A stretch of DNA of 64,000 nucleotides from Bacteroidales bacterium (GTDB lineage: Bacteria > Bacteroidota > Bacteroidia > Bacteroidales > VadinHA17), in contig JANTHB010000003.1 in assembly GCA_024762655.1 (NCBI GenBank), positions 3,353 to 67,352 of the forward strand. Reading direction: 5' to 3'. Position 1 is the stretch's first letter. Each line of letters starts with the position of its first letter. Below are positions 16,331 to 26,600 of the stretch, in pieces. The notes under the pieces were generated by a model that did not search any database, was not told the origin of the DNA, and saw nothing but the letters and a program-made list of their open reading frames with translations. The position numbers were made by a program, and so were the translations under genes.

Positions 16331-19300
16331 CTACCTCTCCCCCAGCTTCAGCTTGATATTTTTCTTCCGGCCATCTCTCAAAACGGTGAGGGTGATCATA
16401 TCCCCCGGCTGAAATTGTTTCAACTGACCGGAATACGTCCGTAGATCATCCGTAGCCTGTCCGTTAACGGCCACAATGATATCTCCGGTTTTGAGTCCCG
16501 CTTTTTCTCCGGGGGATCCTTCCACCACCGAGGACAGTCGGATCCCTTTCCCAGTCCAGGCAAAGTCGGGTACAGAACCGGTGCTCACCCTTTTCCCGGT
16601 TTTAGACCGGGGAGCTGTTGCAGGCCGCATGGCTGCCCCTGCCGGTCCGGTGAACGCCAGCGGCTCTTCACGGTCGGCCAGGTACGTGATCGCTTCCTTG
16701 GCTACCATGGCTACTTTCACCAGGCCTTTACCGTCAATCTTATCCCACGTGTCGGTGGGCCGGTGGTAGTTCTCCGTGGCGCCGGTAAACAACTGAACGG
16801 CCGGAATGCCTTTTTCGATGAAAGAGACCTGATCGCTGGCATCCAGTTGTTTTTCCACTACCTGGGATTTGACGCCGGTGGTGTAATCCGTGCCCATAAA
16901 GATGAACTTCCACTCCCGGGCAGTATTGGCATTAAGCACCAGCAGTTTTTTGTCAAACAGACTGCCGTCTGTGTCAAGGTTGATATCGGCATATATCTCT
17001 CCTTTGATATAGTCTTTCCGGTGGGCTACGAAGTAATGCGAGCCGATCAGACCGGCTTCTTCTCCGCTGCAGGCAAGGAAGATGATCGTGCGTTTCGGCT
17101 TTACTGATTTTGCCATGTTTTTGGCCAGCTCGATCAGGATAGCCACGCCACTGGCATTGTCGTCGGCGCCGTGATGGATTTTTCCGGCGTCTCCCTTGTG
17201 TACATCTGGCCATCCCAGGCCCAGATGGTCGTAGTGTGCAGATACTACCACCGGGAAATCTTTCAGTTTGGGGTCTGTACCCTCAATGATGCCGACCACG
17301 TTGGTAACGGGCAGCTCCCCCTTGTCTTTGAAGGTATGGGTAAATTTCTGGAGATAACTGTTTCCGATGAGGGGCTTTAAACCGGCTTCCCGGAATTTTC
17401 CGGCAATGTAAGCGGTGGCCTGATTCAGCTCCCGGGTCCCCAACCCCCGGCCTTTCAGAGCATCGGAAGAAAGATATTTTATGGTTGCCATCATCCTGTT
17501 CTCGGAGAACACGGGCTTTATGGTCGCCAGCGGTGCACGTTTTATCACGACCCCGGCATTCGCAAATTCGTCATCAAAAACCTTAACCATCGGTGAATGA
17601 AGTACCGGCCACAGCCCTTTCATGAAATTGGCAGGTTCTTCTCCGCTGAATGCCAGATAGCTGTATTTGCCGTAGTGCGGAAGTTTAGTGACCAGGCCGC
17701 CGATGGCTTCCGGGTTATCGAAGGCAATAAAAACCGATTGCCGGGTTGCATCGTCCTTATCAAAAACAGTGAAAACAAAACTATTGCCTTTTTGGGTTGT
17801 TTTTTCCTTTCCAAACCAGACACTGTCGGCATTGAAACCCGAATTATATCCGGATAGCTGTTCATTTAGCCCGGAGGCAAATTTGTTGTTAAAACCCAGT
17901 ATCCAGGCTGTTTTATCCTTTGGCAGTGCGTCCAGGTCTTTGTCGTAAACGACCGTAAAATTGTCATTGTCCGTTTCTTTCCATTGAGCGGCAAAGGTCC
18001 GGTACATGCTGACCTCTTCCTTTCCGGCATTGGCGGGAAGGATCATGACATTGTCCCTGCTGCCCCATATCTTCGAAAGGGCTGGAGGAACTTCATGGGG
18101 GTCCAGGATCCTGAAGACATCATACTGCGGATCCACCGCCAGTTTCACCGGCCGGTCTTTCAGGAATAGCTGAAACGATTGCTCTTTCCCGGTCATATTG
18201 AAAACAAAGGGCTCAACCCCTTTGGTCGTGGCAACATGGATGGGTACATCAACCGTAAAGGCATCTTCCGGCTGTTTTTGCTGCAGGGTAATAAAGATCC
18301 GGTAACCGTCGTTATATTTGTCTGTGGCAATATCCTTTATGGCGATCTCAGGCGCTCCGTTCCTGTTTACCCATTGATCGAAAAAAGCTTTCAGGCCGGT
18401 GCCGGACACTTCTTCCATGGCGTGGCGGATATCCTCAAACCCTGCAACCTTGAATTTGTTTTCTCCGTAAAAACGTTTCGCTCCTTTTAAGAATATTTCA
18501 TCCCCGAGCTTACGGCGCAGCATCTGCCACATCATCATGGCTTTCCCGTAACCGATCGCTTCACTGGGACCATCATATCGGGAAAGGAATTTCTTTAACG
18601 GGAAATCATTTTCAGGAGTAACAAGGTTCGTAAATTTCTGCAGGGTGGAACGCCGGTACTCTTCCCCCTCTCCCCGCTGTTCCTTGATCAGATGGTCAGC
18701 CATAAATACGGTAATGCCTTCGCACCAGTTGCCCGTGCCGAAATCCACGTACACGCTGTTGCCCCACCAGTTGTGCAGCAGTTCGTGCGGATAGGAAGAG
18801 TGTAAAATAAAGGGGAAACGGATAATCTTTTCACCCAGTAAAGTAAAGGACGGCATGCCATAGCCGGTTTCCCAGAAATTTTCCACCAGGGCAAATTTAC
18901 CGTATGGATATGGGCCCAGCATCGACTGATACATCTCCATATACTGCTCCGTAGCTTCAAGATATTTGTTTGCCAGCGCCTCGTCGGGTGTGCGCAGAAA
19001 GGCCATGGCCTTCACTCCACTGCTCATATCATAGGAATATTCCGTGAACGGGGCCGCAATTAAAAACACTTCTTCCTGGGGTTTGTCGCAATACCAGGTA
19101 TCAAGATGCTTGTCGCCGGACACTTTTTCCTGCGTACGCAGGCCCTGGGACACATTTTCCCATCCTTTGGGCAGGAGGGTGGTGAGACGGAACGTCATCA
19201 AAGCATCCTCGAAAGCAGGCACCCACCAGGTCGACCCTGCCAGATACGTACCTTTCTCATTTATCACACCCGAGTATTGTGTAAATCCCCGCTGGTATTC

Positions 19301-19687
19301 CGCCTGTTTATCTTCTTTTTTCGTTTCGATCTTGCCGCTGTAGGCGATCACAACAGTTTTGGCATTGCCGGTGATCTTCCACCTGATCAGTTTTACATCG
19401 CTTTCTTCTGCAGTGTTGTCCCGGTCCATACCCACATCCGTGGCCCTGACAGGGCCCTCAACCTTTTTGAGTCTGACTTTGGGGGTCTTGCTTTCCGGGG
19501 TTAGTGCGGCATTCAAACTGAAAATCCTTACCTGATCGCCGGGAAAGGAAAGGGTGTCGGTAACATGGATCCCGGACGTGGAAGGATCCACTTCAACAAA
19601 TAATCTGTGATTGACTATAGGGTTGTCTTGCGAAAACAGGTTTATGCCTGTTAAAACAAATACCAGAAAGAAAATACTCTTTTTCAA
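16331..19687 (-). CDS. Secreted three-module peptidase: M1 (gluzincin) domain, M28 aminopeptidase domain and C-terminal PDZ
   Basis: 1118 aa with a signal peptide. The M1 signature is HELLHNWWGN-x-E, i.e. HEXXH-X18-E, with HELLH encoded at complement 18773-18787. The M28 motifs are SAHYDHLG, HHGADDNASGVA (around 17142-17176) and ACSGEEAGLIGS. The PDZ-like C-terminus is GSPGEKAGLKTGDIIVAVNG. The canonical M1 GAMEN motif is not evident (GYGMPS instead). Confidence 0.75.
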   Translation of the reverse strand: MKKSIFFLVFVLTGINLFSQDNPIVNHRLFVEVDPSTSGIHVTDTLSFPGDQVRIFSLNAALTPESKTPKVRLKKVEGPVRATDVGMDRDNTAEESDVKLIRWKITGNAKTVVIAYSGKIETKKEDKQAEYQRGFTQYSGVINEKGTYLAGSTWWVPAFEDALMTFRLTTLLPKGWENVSQGLRTQEKVSGDKHLDTWYCDKPQEEVFLIAAPFTEYSYDMSSGVKAMAFLRTPDEALANKYLEATEQYMEMYQSMLGPYPYGKFALVENFWETGYGMPSFTLLGEKIIRFPFILHSSYPHELLHNWWGNSVYVDFGTGNWCEGITVFMADHLIKEQRGEGEEYRRSTLQKFTNLVTPENDFPLKKFLSRYDGPSEAIGYGKAMMMWQMLRRKLGDEIFLKGAKRFYGENKFKVAGFEDIRHAMEEVSGTGLKAFFDQWVNRNGAPEIAIKDIATDKYNDGYRIFITLQQKQPEDAFTVDVPIHVATTKGVEPFVFNMTGKEQSFQLFLKDRPVKLAVDPQYDVFRILDPHEVPPALSKIWGSRDNVMILPANAGKEEVSMYRTFAAQWKETDNDNFTVVYDKDLDALPKDKTAWILGFNNKFASGLNEQLSGYNSGFNADSVWFGKEKTTQKGNSFVFTVFDKDDATRQSVFIAFDNPEAIGGLVTKLPHYGKYSYLAFSGEEPANFMKGLWPVLHSPMVKVFDDEFANAGVVIKRAPLATIKPVFSENRMMATIKYLSSDALKGRGLGTRELNQATAYIAGKFREAGLKPLIGNSYLQKFTHTFKDKGELPVTNVVGIIEGTDPKLKDFPVVVSAHYDHLGLGWPDVHKGDAGKIHHGADDNASGVAILIELAKNMAKSVKPKRTIIFLACSGEEAGLIGSHYFVAHRKDYIKGEIYADINLDTDGSLFDKKLLVLNANTAREWKFIFMGTDYTTGVKSQVVEKQLDASDQVSFIEKGIPAVQLFTGATENYHRPTDTWDKIDGKGLVKVAMVAKEAITYLADREEPLAFTGPAGAAMRPATAPRSKTGKRVSTGSVPDFAWTGKGIRLSSVVEGSPGEKAGLKTGDIIVAVNGQATDDLRTYSGQLKQFQPGDMITLTVLRDGRKKNIKLKLGER

Positions 19688-19923
19688 TGTTTTAAGTTTT
19701 AATGTTGCCGCTATTGACGCGGCAGCGGGTTCGTTGACCGGGTCTGTAAATACAGGGATACAATATTAAGAAAATAACGGATTATTTACCGGATTTTAGC
19801 AAAGAATTCCTCTGGGCTTACGTCTGCTTGCCATAGTCCCCGGTCCCCGAGTGGGCGGAGCGAAGCGACGGTTACCTGCCTCCCGCAGGGGGGTACCGAG
19901 GTACCGGGACGAAGACGAGGCGC

Positions 19924-20027
19924 AGGGGAAATTTAATGGAAATTTGTTCGCTTCGCTCACATAATTAGCTCACTTCGTTCGCGAAATTAAGTAGTCATTC
20001 GGTAGTCATTCAATCAATCATTCAATC
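19924..20027. repeat. Copy A of a ~100-nt intergenic repeat that includes 11-bp phased sub-repeats
   Basis: The sequence aggggaaatttaatggaaatttgttcgcttcgctcacataattagctcacttcgttcgcgaaattaagtagtcattcggtagtcattcaatcaatcattc aligns by eye at roughly 80% identity with 26875-26991. The sub-repeats gtagtcattcg / gtagtcattca / (a)tcaatcattca lie at 19991-20024. Confidence 0.8.
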
Positions 20028-20623
20028 CCGTCGTCTCCGCCTACTGGCGAATATGGCGGGCGAGGCATTTATACATTTACGTATTTCCAGCACCCACTTC
20101 GTCCGTCATATCCATCAATCGGCAGTGAAGGGAAGCTTCGCTCGTCGGAACCGGACCCTACATGATAGTCGAGAGGACGGATTAATACTTTATGAACAGT
20201 GATTTTAAAAAGTGTTTGTATATATTATATAAACAGTATAATATAAAATTGCAACTACGTAGAATGATACGTATTTCGATACGTAATAACATGCGGTCGC
20301 CTTCGAAACCTGTTCTGTAAGTGTTGGTTACAACGCAAGCGAAGGATCAGGTTTGCTCGCGGGTCGGAAACAGGTCTGCTCTTATAGGAGGCGGGCTTAT
20401 CAGATACGGTCTGGAAGGTTGTAAGCTGCCGGTTTCCTTTGGGATAAAGCGATCCGCTATGTGTCGCTGATTCTTGGGGTAAAGATTTTCAACATGATAA
20501 GTTCGGTATAATAAGGCCGTAGGCGGCGTCAGGGACTTCCCCTTCTTTCAGGATCAATGACCACAGGTTAAGATCAAACCTCCTTTCGAAGATGAATTGT
20601 CTGCATGTATATCCTGGAATTGC

Positions 20624-23600
20624 CTAAGGATGTATTATAGTCACCTTTTTGATCTTGTTGTTGGCATTAAAAGTCGGGAAATACATCAGTTCGATTTTGG
20701 CCGGGTTCAGGGTGTAGGTCCCGCTATACCTCGGGATCAGCGCGATCTCAAAAGTGTATTCTCCCCTGTAGAGATGACTGCAGAAGATGGTCGTTTCATT
20801 TTTGAAGTATTCCCTGTGTGATTCATTGCTGAATCTGTTTTTTTTGTTTGCATAGGAACAGCCGCCGGGCACCGGGATATTGATCATCACATAATCGGCG
20901 TCTTTTTTAACCTTCACCCTCGCGATGAGTTTTGTTTCTTTCCCGGCCGTCAGCAGGGATGAGGAGGAGTCCTCAAATGAGGTGGTGATCTCAAAGTCTT
21001 TACCTTTTATGGCAGGAGAGGGGTTCCATGATTTTTGCCAAGAGGTCAGGTATACCGGATAATTACCCGACCTGTTTATCCTGATCTTACGGTGCGGATC
21101 CGTTTCCATCTTAAAAGGGAATTTCGTGACAGTGAGTGAGGTGTCTCCTGCTATCTTTAAAACGGGATGGGATGATCCGGACCTTTCTTTCAGGAGATCG
21201 GGCAGGATCGTCTCTATGATACCGGCAGACTCGTACGTGTTCCTCCAGTAGCCGTTTTTTCTTTTTTCCAGAAAATAATTCCGCATCTTGCGCAATACCT
21301 GCTCTACGGTGGTGCTGTCCGCCCTGAGTATTTGGTATGCAAGCAGTGTGTTCTGCACGTCGTTGTTGAAAAGGTCGGTCGTCCGGTCATCATCGCTGAA
21401 ATAATAATTGCCGAAAAGGGTGGTGTCCATGAAGGTCCGGAGGGTATCCGTGCCGGGATCCAGATGACAGCGTTGTTTAAGCGCCATGATCTTTAGAAGA
21501 TCGTTCAGGGAGCGGGAAGAATCCTTTTCCAGCAGGGAGATATAGTGCGGATAGTTGACTTGTGCCTCCAGGAGGACGAGTATCCTGAGTATCCTGATCG
21601 CTGAGGAGAAATCGGGCCTATTTTCCAGCTCCCATACCATACGTTCGGTGATCTTCTCCCTGTCCAGGCTTGTTTTGTATCCCTGGCGGCCGGCCTGTGT
21701 CAGGGCTTCCAGCACATGCAGGCTGATCCAGAGGCTTTCCTCCGAACCTTTCCACCAGCCCCACAGACCGTTGCTGACCCGGTTCCTGTTCAGGATCCTA
21801 ATGAGCTTTTTGATCCGGAGGTCTTTCCTGAAAGGCTCTCCCTTTGCCTTTTTGATGGCTTTCTCTGCCAACAGCGCCTTGAGCTTGGAGGCTATCTGCT
21901 CATTGCAGTAATATTTGTAGTGTATCAGATGTGCGATCTCATCTTCTACTACGGTGAGGATATCTGCCCGGGCGTAAAGCGTCACCTTTCCCATGCTTGT
22001 GTCGGCAGATATCTCCAGGGAGGTGTCTTTATCAAGCACATAAAAATGCCCGTGGGTCTCCTCCAGCCCCTGCGGGAAAACAGGGAGATCCTTCAGCTCG
22101 CCGTCAAAATAACCGTCTTTTGTCTGCAGGTAATATTTTACCTTCAGGGAGTCTGCCGGGGCAATGACCGGCAGGGTGTCGATGAGGGCATTCCTGCAGA
22201 GGCCGGAATGTCTGAATATCTCTGTACCGTTGACCTCAAGTTTTGTTTCCACAAAGGTCGTGTCCGGCAGGAAGCTGATCACCTTGCCGATCGCATAAGA
22301 GGTATCGCCCCGGACCAGGAAACGGGGAAGGGCCAGACGAGCCATCAGCGGTTTGTAAGAGCGTATCAACCCCTCTGTTTGTCCGGAGAGTCTTTTGGCT
22401 CCCATGGCAAGATAGAAGGTCCTCCAACTGGTAACATCATCCGGGAAGGTAACTTCAAAGCCGGCTCTTCCCGCTCTGTCTGTGACCAGGGCAGGCTGCC
22501 AGAAAGCATAATCGGAAAAGTTGTCCCGTATCGAGCTGGCCCGGTAAGCCTCTTCCGGGAAAAGAACGGGATAAGCTCCTTTTTTCCCGTCGGGCAGGCC
22601 GGCAGCGACCTGGAAAGTCCCCGGAACGGTTTTTATCAGGATCACACCGTTGGCACCCCGGGATCCGTAAAGAGAGGTGGCCTCTGTACCTTTCAGTATC
22701 CTGATACTGCTGATGACCGAAGGATCCACTGCAGACAGCTTCCCGGTATATATGCGGCCGTTGATAACGACCAGCGGATGGGCACTTAACGAGAGCGTGG
22801 ACATGGCCCCTCTGAGTTGTATTTCAGTCGCCCCGGGAGAGGTGCCTCTGTTCTGTATGGAAAGGCCCGCAACGCTTCCCTGCAGTACTTCTTGGAGTTT
22901 ATCATCTGTTATTGCCGAAGAATAGGCGGCGGTGGGACCGGTTATTACCGGAGCCGAAAGGCTCTTTTTCTTCCTGGAGCCATAACCGGTTACCACCACC
23001 TCGTCGAGGGCCATCAGATCAGGGGAAAGATCAGCATTTACCGTTGTTCTGTCGCCGATCGTTTTCTCCAACGTGCGGTAGCCGACAAAAGAAAATTCCA
23101 GGACATTGTATCTCTCGGGAACATTGATCGAGTAATATCCATCCACATCTGCTACCGTGCCGTAAAAGGTTCCCTTGATCACGACGTTCGCTCCCGGCAA
23201 GGGTTCCCCGCTCTCCGCATCCCTGACATAACCCTCCACCACATAACCCGGGCCGGTATAACGGTCTTGTTGCTGATATCTGCGGTAGTCCCGGAGGATC
23301 GTATTTTTGCTTGCAGCCACGGGATACGATGTGAACAGGGTCTTCCTGATCAGACGACTTACGTATAGGCTGAACGTGTCTTTTCTGAGCGTGCGGGGAG
23401 GGGCAAAAGCATAATAGTTCATGCCGTCAGGCCGGATAACGAGAGAATCTTCAATATGATATCGGGCGCCCGGATAAAAGAAAATAAGCCTGTAACGACC
23501 CGGGGACAGGTCGGAGACCAGCGTTGACCTGCCGGGATAGACGCGCAGAAAATCCGGTTCGTCATATTTGACGATCAGCATGTTCAGGGGTGCTCTTCCA

Positions 23601-26600
23601 GCAGTCTCCCGGCCGGTTTTTAAACGGATCAGCAGATTACCGTATCCGGACCTCGTATGATCGGGATAACGGTCCCAGACCGTGGTATATCTTTTGGCAT
23701 CCAGGTAATCTTCCCATTTCTTCTCAAGCGCCTGCCGCGTAAGCGGAATGTCCGCGAAAGAGGGGGCAACAGGATAGCTGCTCAGGAATGCGGGATACCT
23801 CGCTTTCGGATCGATGCAACGCATCTTTAACAGTCCGGGCCGGAAAACATATTCGTAAAAAGGCTCATGCCGGAAGGCCAGGGAGAAACTGTCAAGGAGG
23901 TGAAAGGTAAGATCGCCGGCAAAAGGACCTGCAAAGCCACTCCTTTGACGCGTAAGTTCCGGGTTCAGCAGTTGGATGTTTTTTCCCTGTTCAAGATAGG
24001 CATAATGCTCTCCAAAGGTATTCCGGAAAGGGACGATGTACCTGTAGAGAAGATGTTTCTCATAATCGCTCAGCTTATTGTCGGCTTTCATGGACCGGAT
24101 ATGCCTGTTGCCGGCATCCCGGTCGACACTGAAGATCAGCTTCTTTCCGTAAGTGAGATATACACTGTCGATCACGATACTCCGGAAAGGGGCCCTGAGC
24201 TTGATCTGGTGGTAGCCGCTGTCGATCCTGAAAGAGTATGGGGCGGGCCGGACCGACCATCTGAAAAAGACAGGCTTGCTGTCAACATAAATGACATAGA
24301 CGGGAAGGACATTGCCTTCAGAAATGACAAAGGGAGCAAACTGTGTCACGGAATCTTCCGGTGTGTATTCGAACCGGTAGATCGAATCGCCCGGATAGAT
24401 GAACCGGAAATATGCTATGGTGTCAATACCGGCTAGGATCTTCCATGTGTTGTAGTCCAGCTTTATCCGGCTGAACATATCCGGATCAAACGCTTTGAAA
24501 AAGAAATTGTTGATCACATTTTTGTTTTTTCCGGGTTTTACGGGAAAGGTCAGGTCGGGAGGAGCGTAATGAAAGTTTTTTGTTATGGAGAAAGCTGTTA
24601 CATCAACTCCTTCCACGGGATCTCCTTCTGTGTTGGTGACCAGCAGTTCTATCTTTGTCTTTTGTCCGGGGTAGACAAGCGCAGGTGCCCTGACGGCAAT
24701 ATGCAGGTTATCCTCTTTGAATGGGATCCTGAAATTCTCCTCCCTTACCCTGCCTCCCCAGAGGTAACGGATCGAAATGAAATAGTTTTGTTTTGTCCCG
24801 GCCTTTTCCCGGAAACCCAGCGAGTCAGAGTATGCGGACGACCGCTCCCTGTTTCTCCGGTAGATGCTGTAGATAAAGGGGAGCTTGCGCGGATTGCTCA
24901 CCGTGACGTACACAGAGTCACGGGTCCGCTCGGACAGGCATTGCAGGAGGGATGGTTCGCGGGCAATGTCTATGCGGCCTGAAAGACTGTCGCTTTGTAC
25001 GGTGTAGGAGGAATAATAAGGTTTCAGTCTGATCCTGCAGGGACTGGGACCTTTATATACCGTTTTCTTGTTCCCGAAATCATCTTCGGCAAAAATGGAT
25101 ACCTCTCTGGGTTGGGTCCGACCGTTATTCTGATATTCAAAAAGTATCGAGTCTGTTTCCGTCGTAATATTGAACTTCTCTGTTTCATAATAATACGCCA
25201 CCCTTTCATGCTTTTTCAGAACCTCGTTGTCCGACGTCAGCATCCTGACCCGGATGTCATAGGTGAAGTTGGCCGGTGGAAAAGTTGAATCACGCAGGAG
25301 GATTTCTGTCTGACCGGCCGGTTTAAGTTTCTTTTTCAGGAACAGCAGGGTGTCGGGGATGAACACATGGTCGGCTACGTACCGGGTGGTCTGGACAGGT
25401 GTAAGCAGGATCTCCAGCCGGGCATCCGGCAGGGTCAGGTCGTTCTCATCCGTCCCCCTGACAAACAGCCGGAGGGGGTCATGCCTGTACTGTACCTTTT
25501 TGCCGGTGCTTATGGAGAGAGTATTTTTGGTCAGCTCGTAATCCTCGTACCTGAAGGAGCCGCTGATGTACTCCTTCCGGTCATTTTTCCTGATCCGTAT
25601 CGTATACCTCTTGTCCAGCTGCAGATGCAGGGAATCATGCAGATAAAAACTGTATTCATACCCGCCCGGGCGGTAGGGACGCAGCCGGGTCAGCTCGATG
25701 TTTTTCCGGTTATTCCGGAGTATTACGCTGACCGTTCGGGATACCGGCTTTCCCTTTTTGGTTTCCAGAAAAGCCTTGAGCTTTACCGTATCTCCCGGCA
25801 TGTATTTGGGCTTGTTGAAAACAAGGTAACCCGTATGTCTTTTCCTGAACCTGTTGCCGTAAAGATCACAGTAGTAGTGATTAAAAAGGCAGGTGATCTT
25901 ATCGGAGATCTTAACGAAAAAGTCGCCCGTCTGACCGATCGTTCCCTGCGGCCAGCCACGTACCGCCGACATGACCGCATCCACCGGGAGGGAAATGATA
26001 AATCGTACCGGCAACCAGATATATTTGACGGGAGGGCTGTAAACCACCTTGCGAGTGCCTCTTCTTATGCCGGAGTTGTTGTACTGCCTCGCCAGGTCAT
26101 AATAGGCTGTCAGTCCGTTGCGTGAAACAGTAAGGATACCTTTCTTATTGGATTTCTTGTCCGTATAGGCTTGTGTCTCCTTGTCGAAAGAGAGTTTCTT
26201 CCGCCGGATATGCACATCCGCATCCGATACGGGATTGCCTTGCAGGTCAAAGACCTGGAGACATAGATCCGTATTGTTGTTAAAAAGGTAAATGTTAAAA
26301 TTCCGGACTGTGGTTATGGAAAGTTTTTGTGTGTTTTTCTCCGCATAGGTCCTGAGATAATGTCCCGCAGTAAGCCTTTTACAGTACTGGCTGTCGGTAG
26401 GAAAGGAGTCCACCAGTGTGTGGAAAAAGGAGGGGGCGGTTTTCCATAACTCCTGTTTGAATATCTTTTTGTAAATCCGGCCTGCTTCTTCATTGGTAAT
26501 CCGGTAGATATATGTATAATAGCTGGTCTTCCGGCTCCTGAGCAGATCCTGGCTGTGGGAAGGGAAAGAGATGATCAGCATCAACGGGAGCAGCAGGGAT

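Noticed and set aside
20492-20623. 44-codon in-frame open stretch immediately after the TAG stop of the A2M-like gene (AIPGYTCRQFIFERRFDLNLWSLILKEGEVPDAAYGLIIPNLSC), and the related idea that TAG might be read through or reassigned.
   Set aside because: The chance of 44 stop-free codons is roughly 10%. Other TAG-terminated genes here (nagB at 7207, the peptidase at 16331, the oxidoreductase at 31293) are followed by short nonsense tails. All homologous proteins are full-length under the standard code. I see no support for recoding.
19688-20623. I looked for tRNA, tmRNA, RNase P, 6S, retron msr/msd or CRISPR features in the two long ORF-free gaps (also 26630-27247).
   Set aside because: I found no T-loop/acceptor pattern (GGTTCGAATCC-like), no tmRNA tag-ORF context, no regularly spaced identical repeats with unique spacers, and no adjacent reverse transcriptase or cas gene. 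The repeats present are degenerate and differently organised. A covariance-model scan is still needed for a definitive answer.
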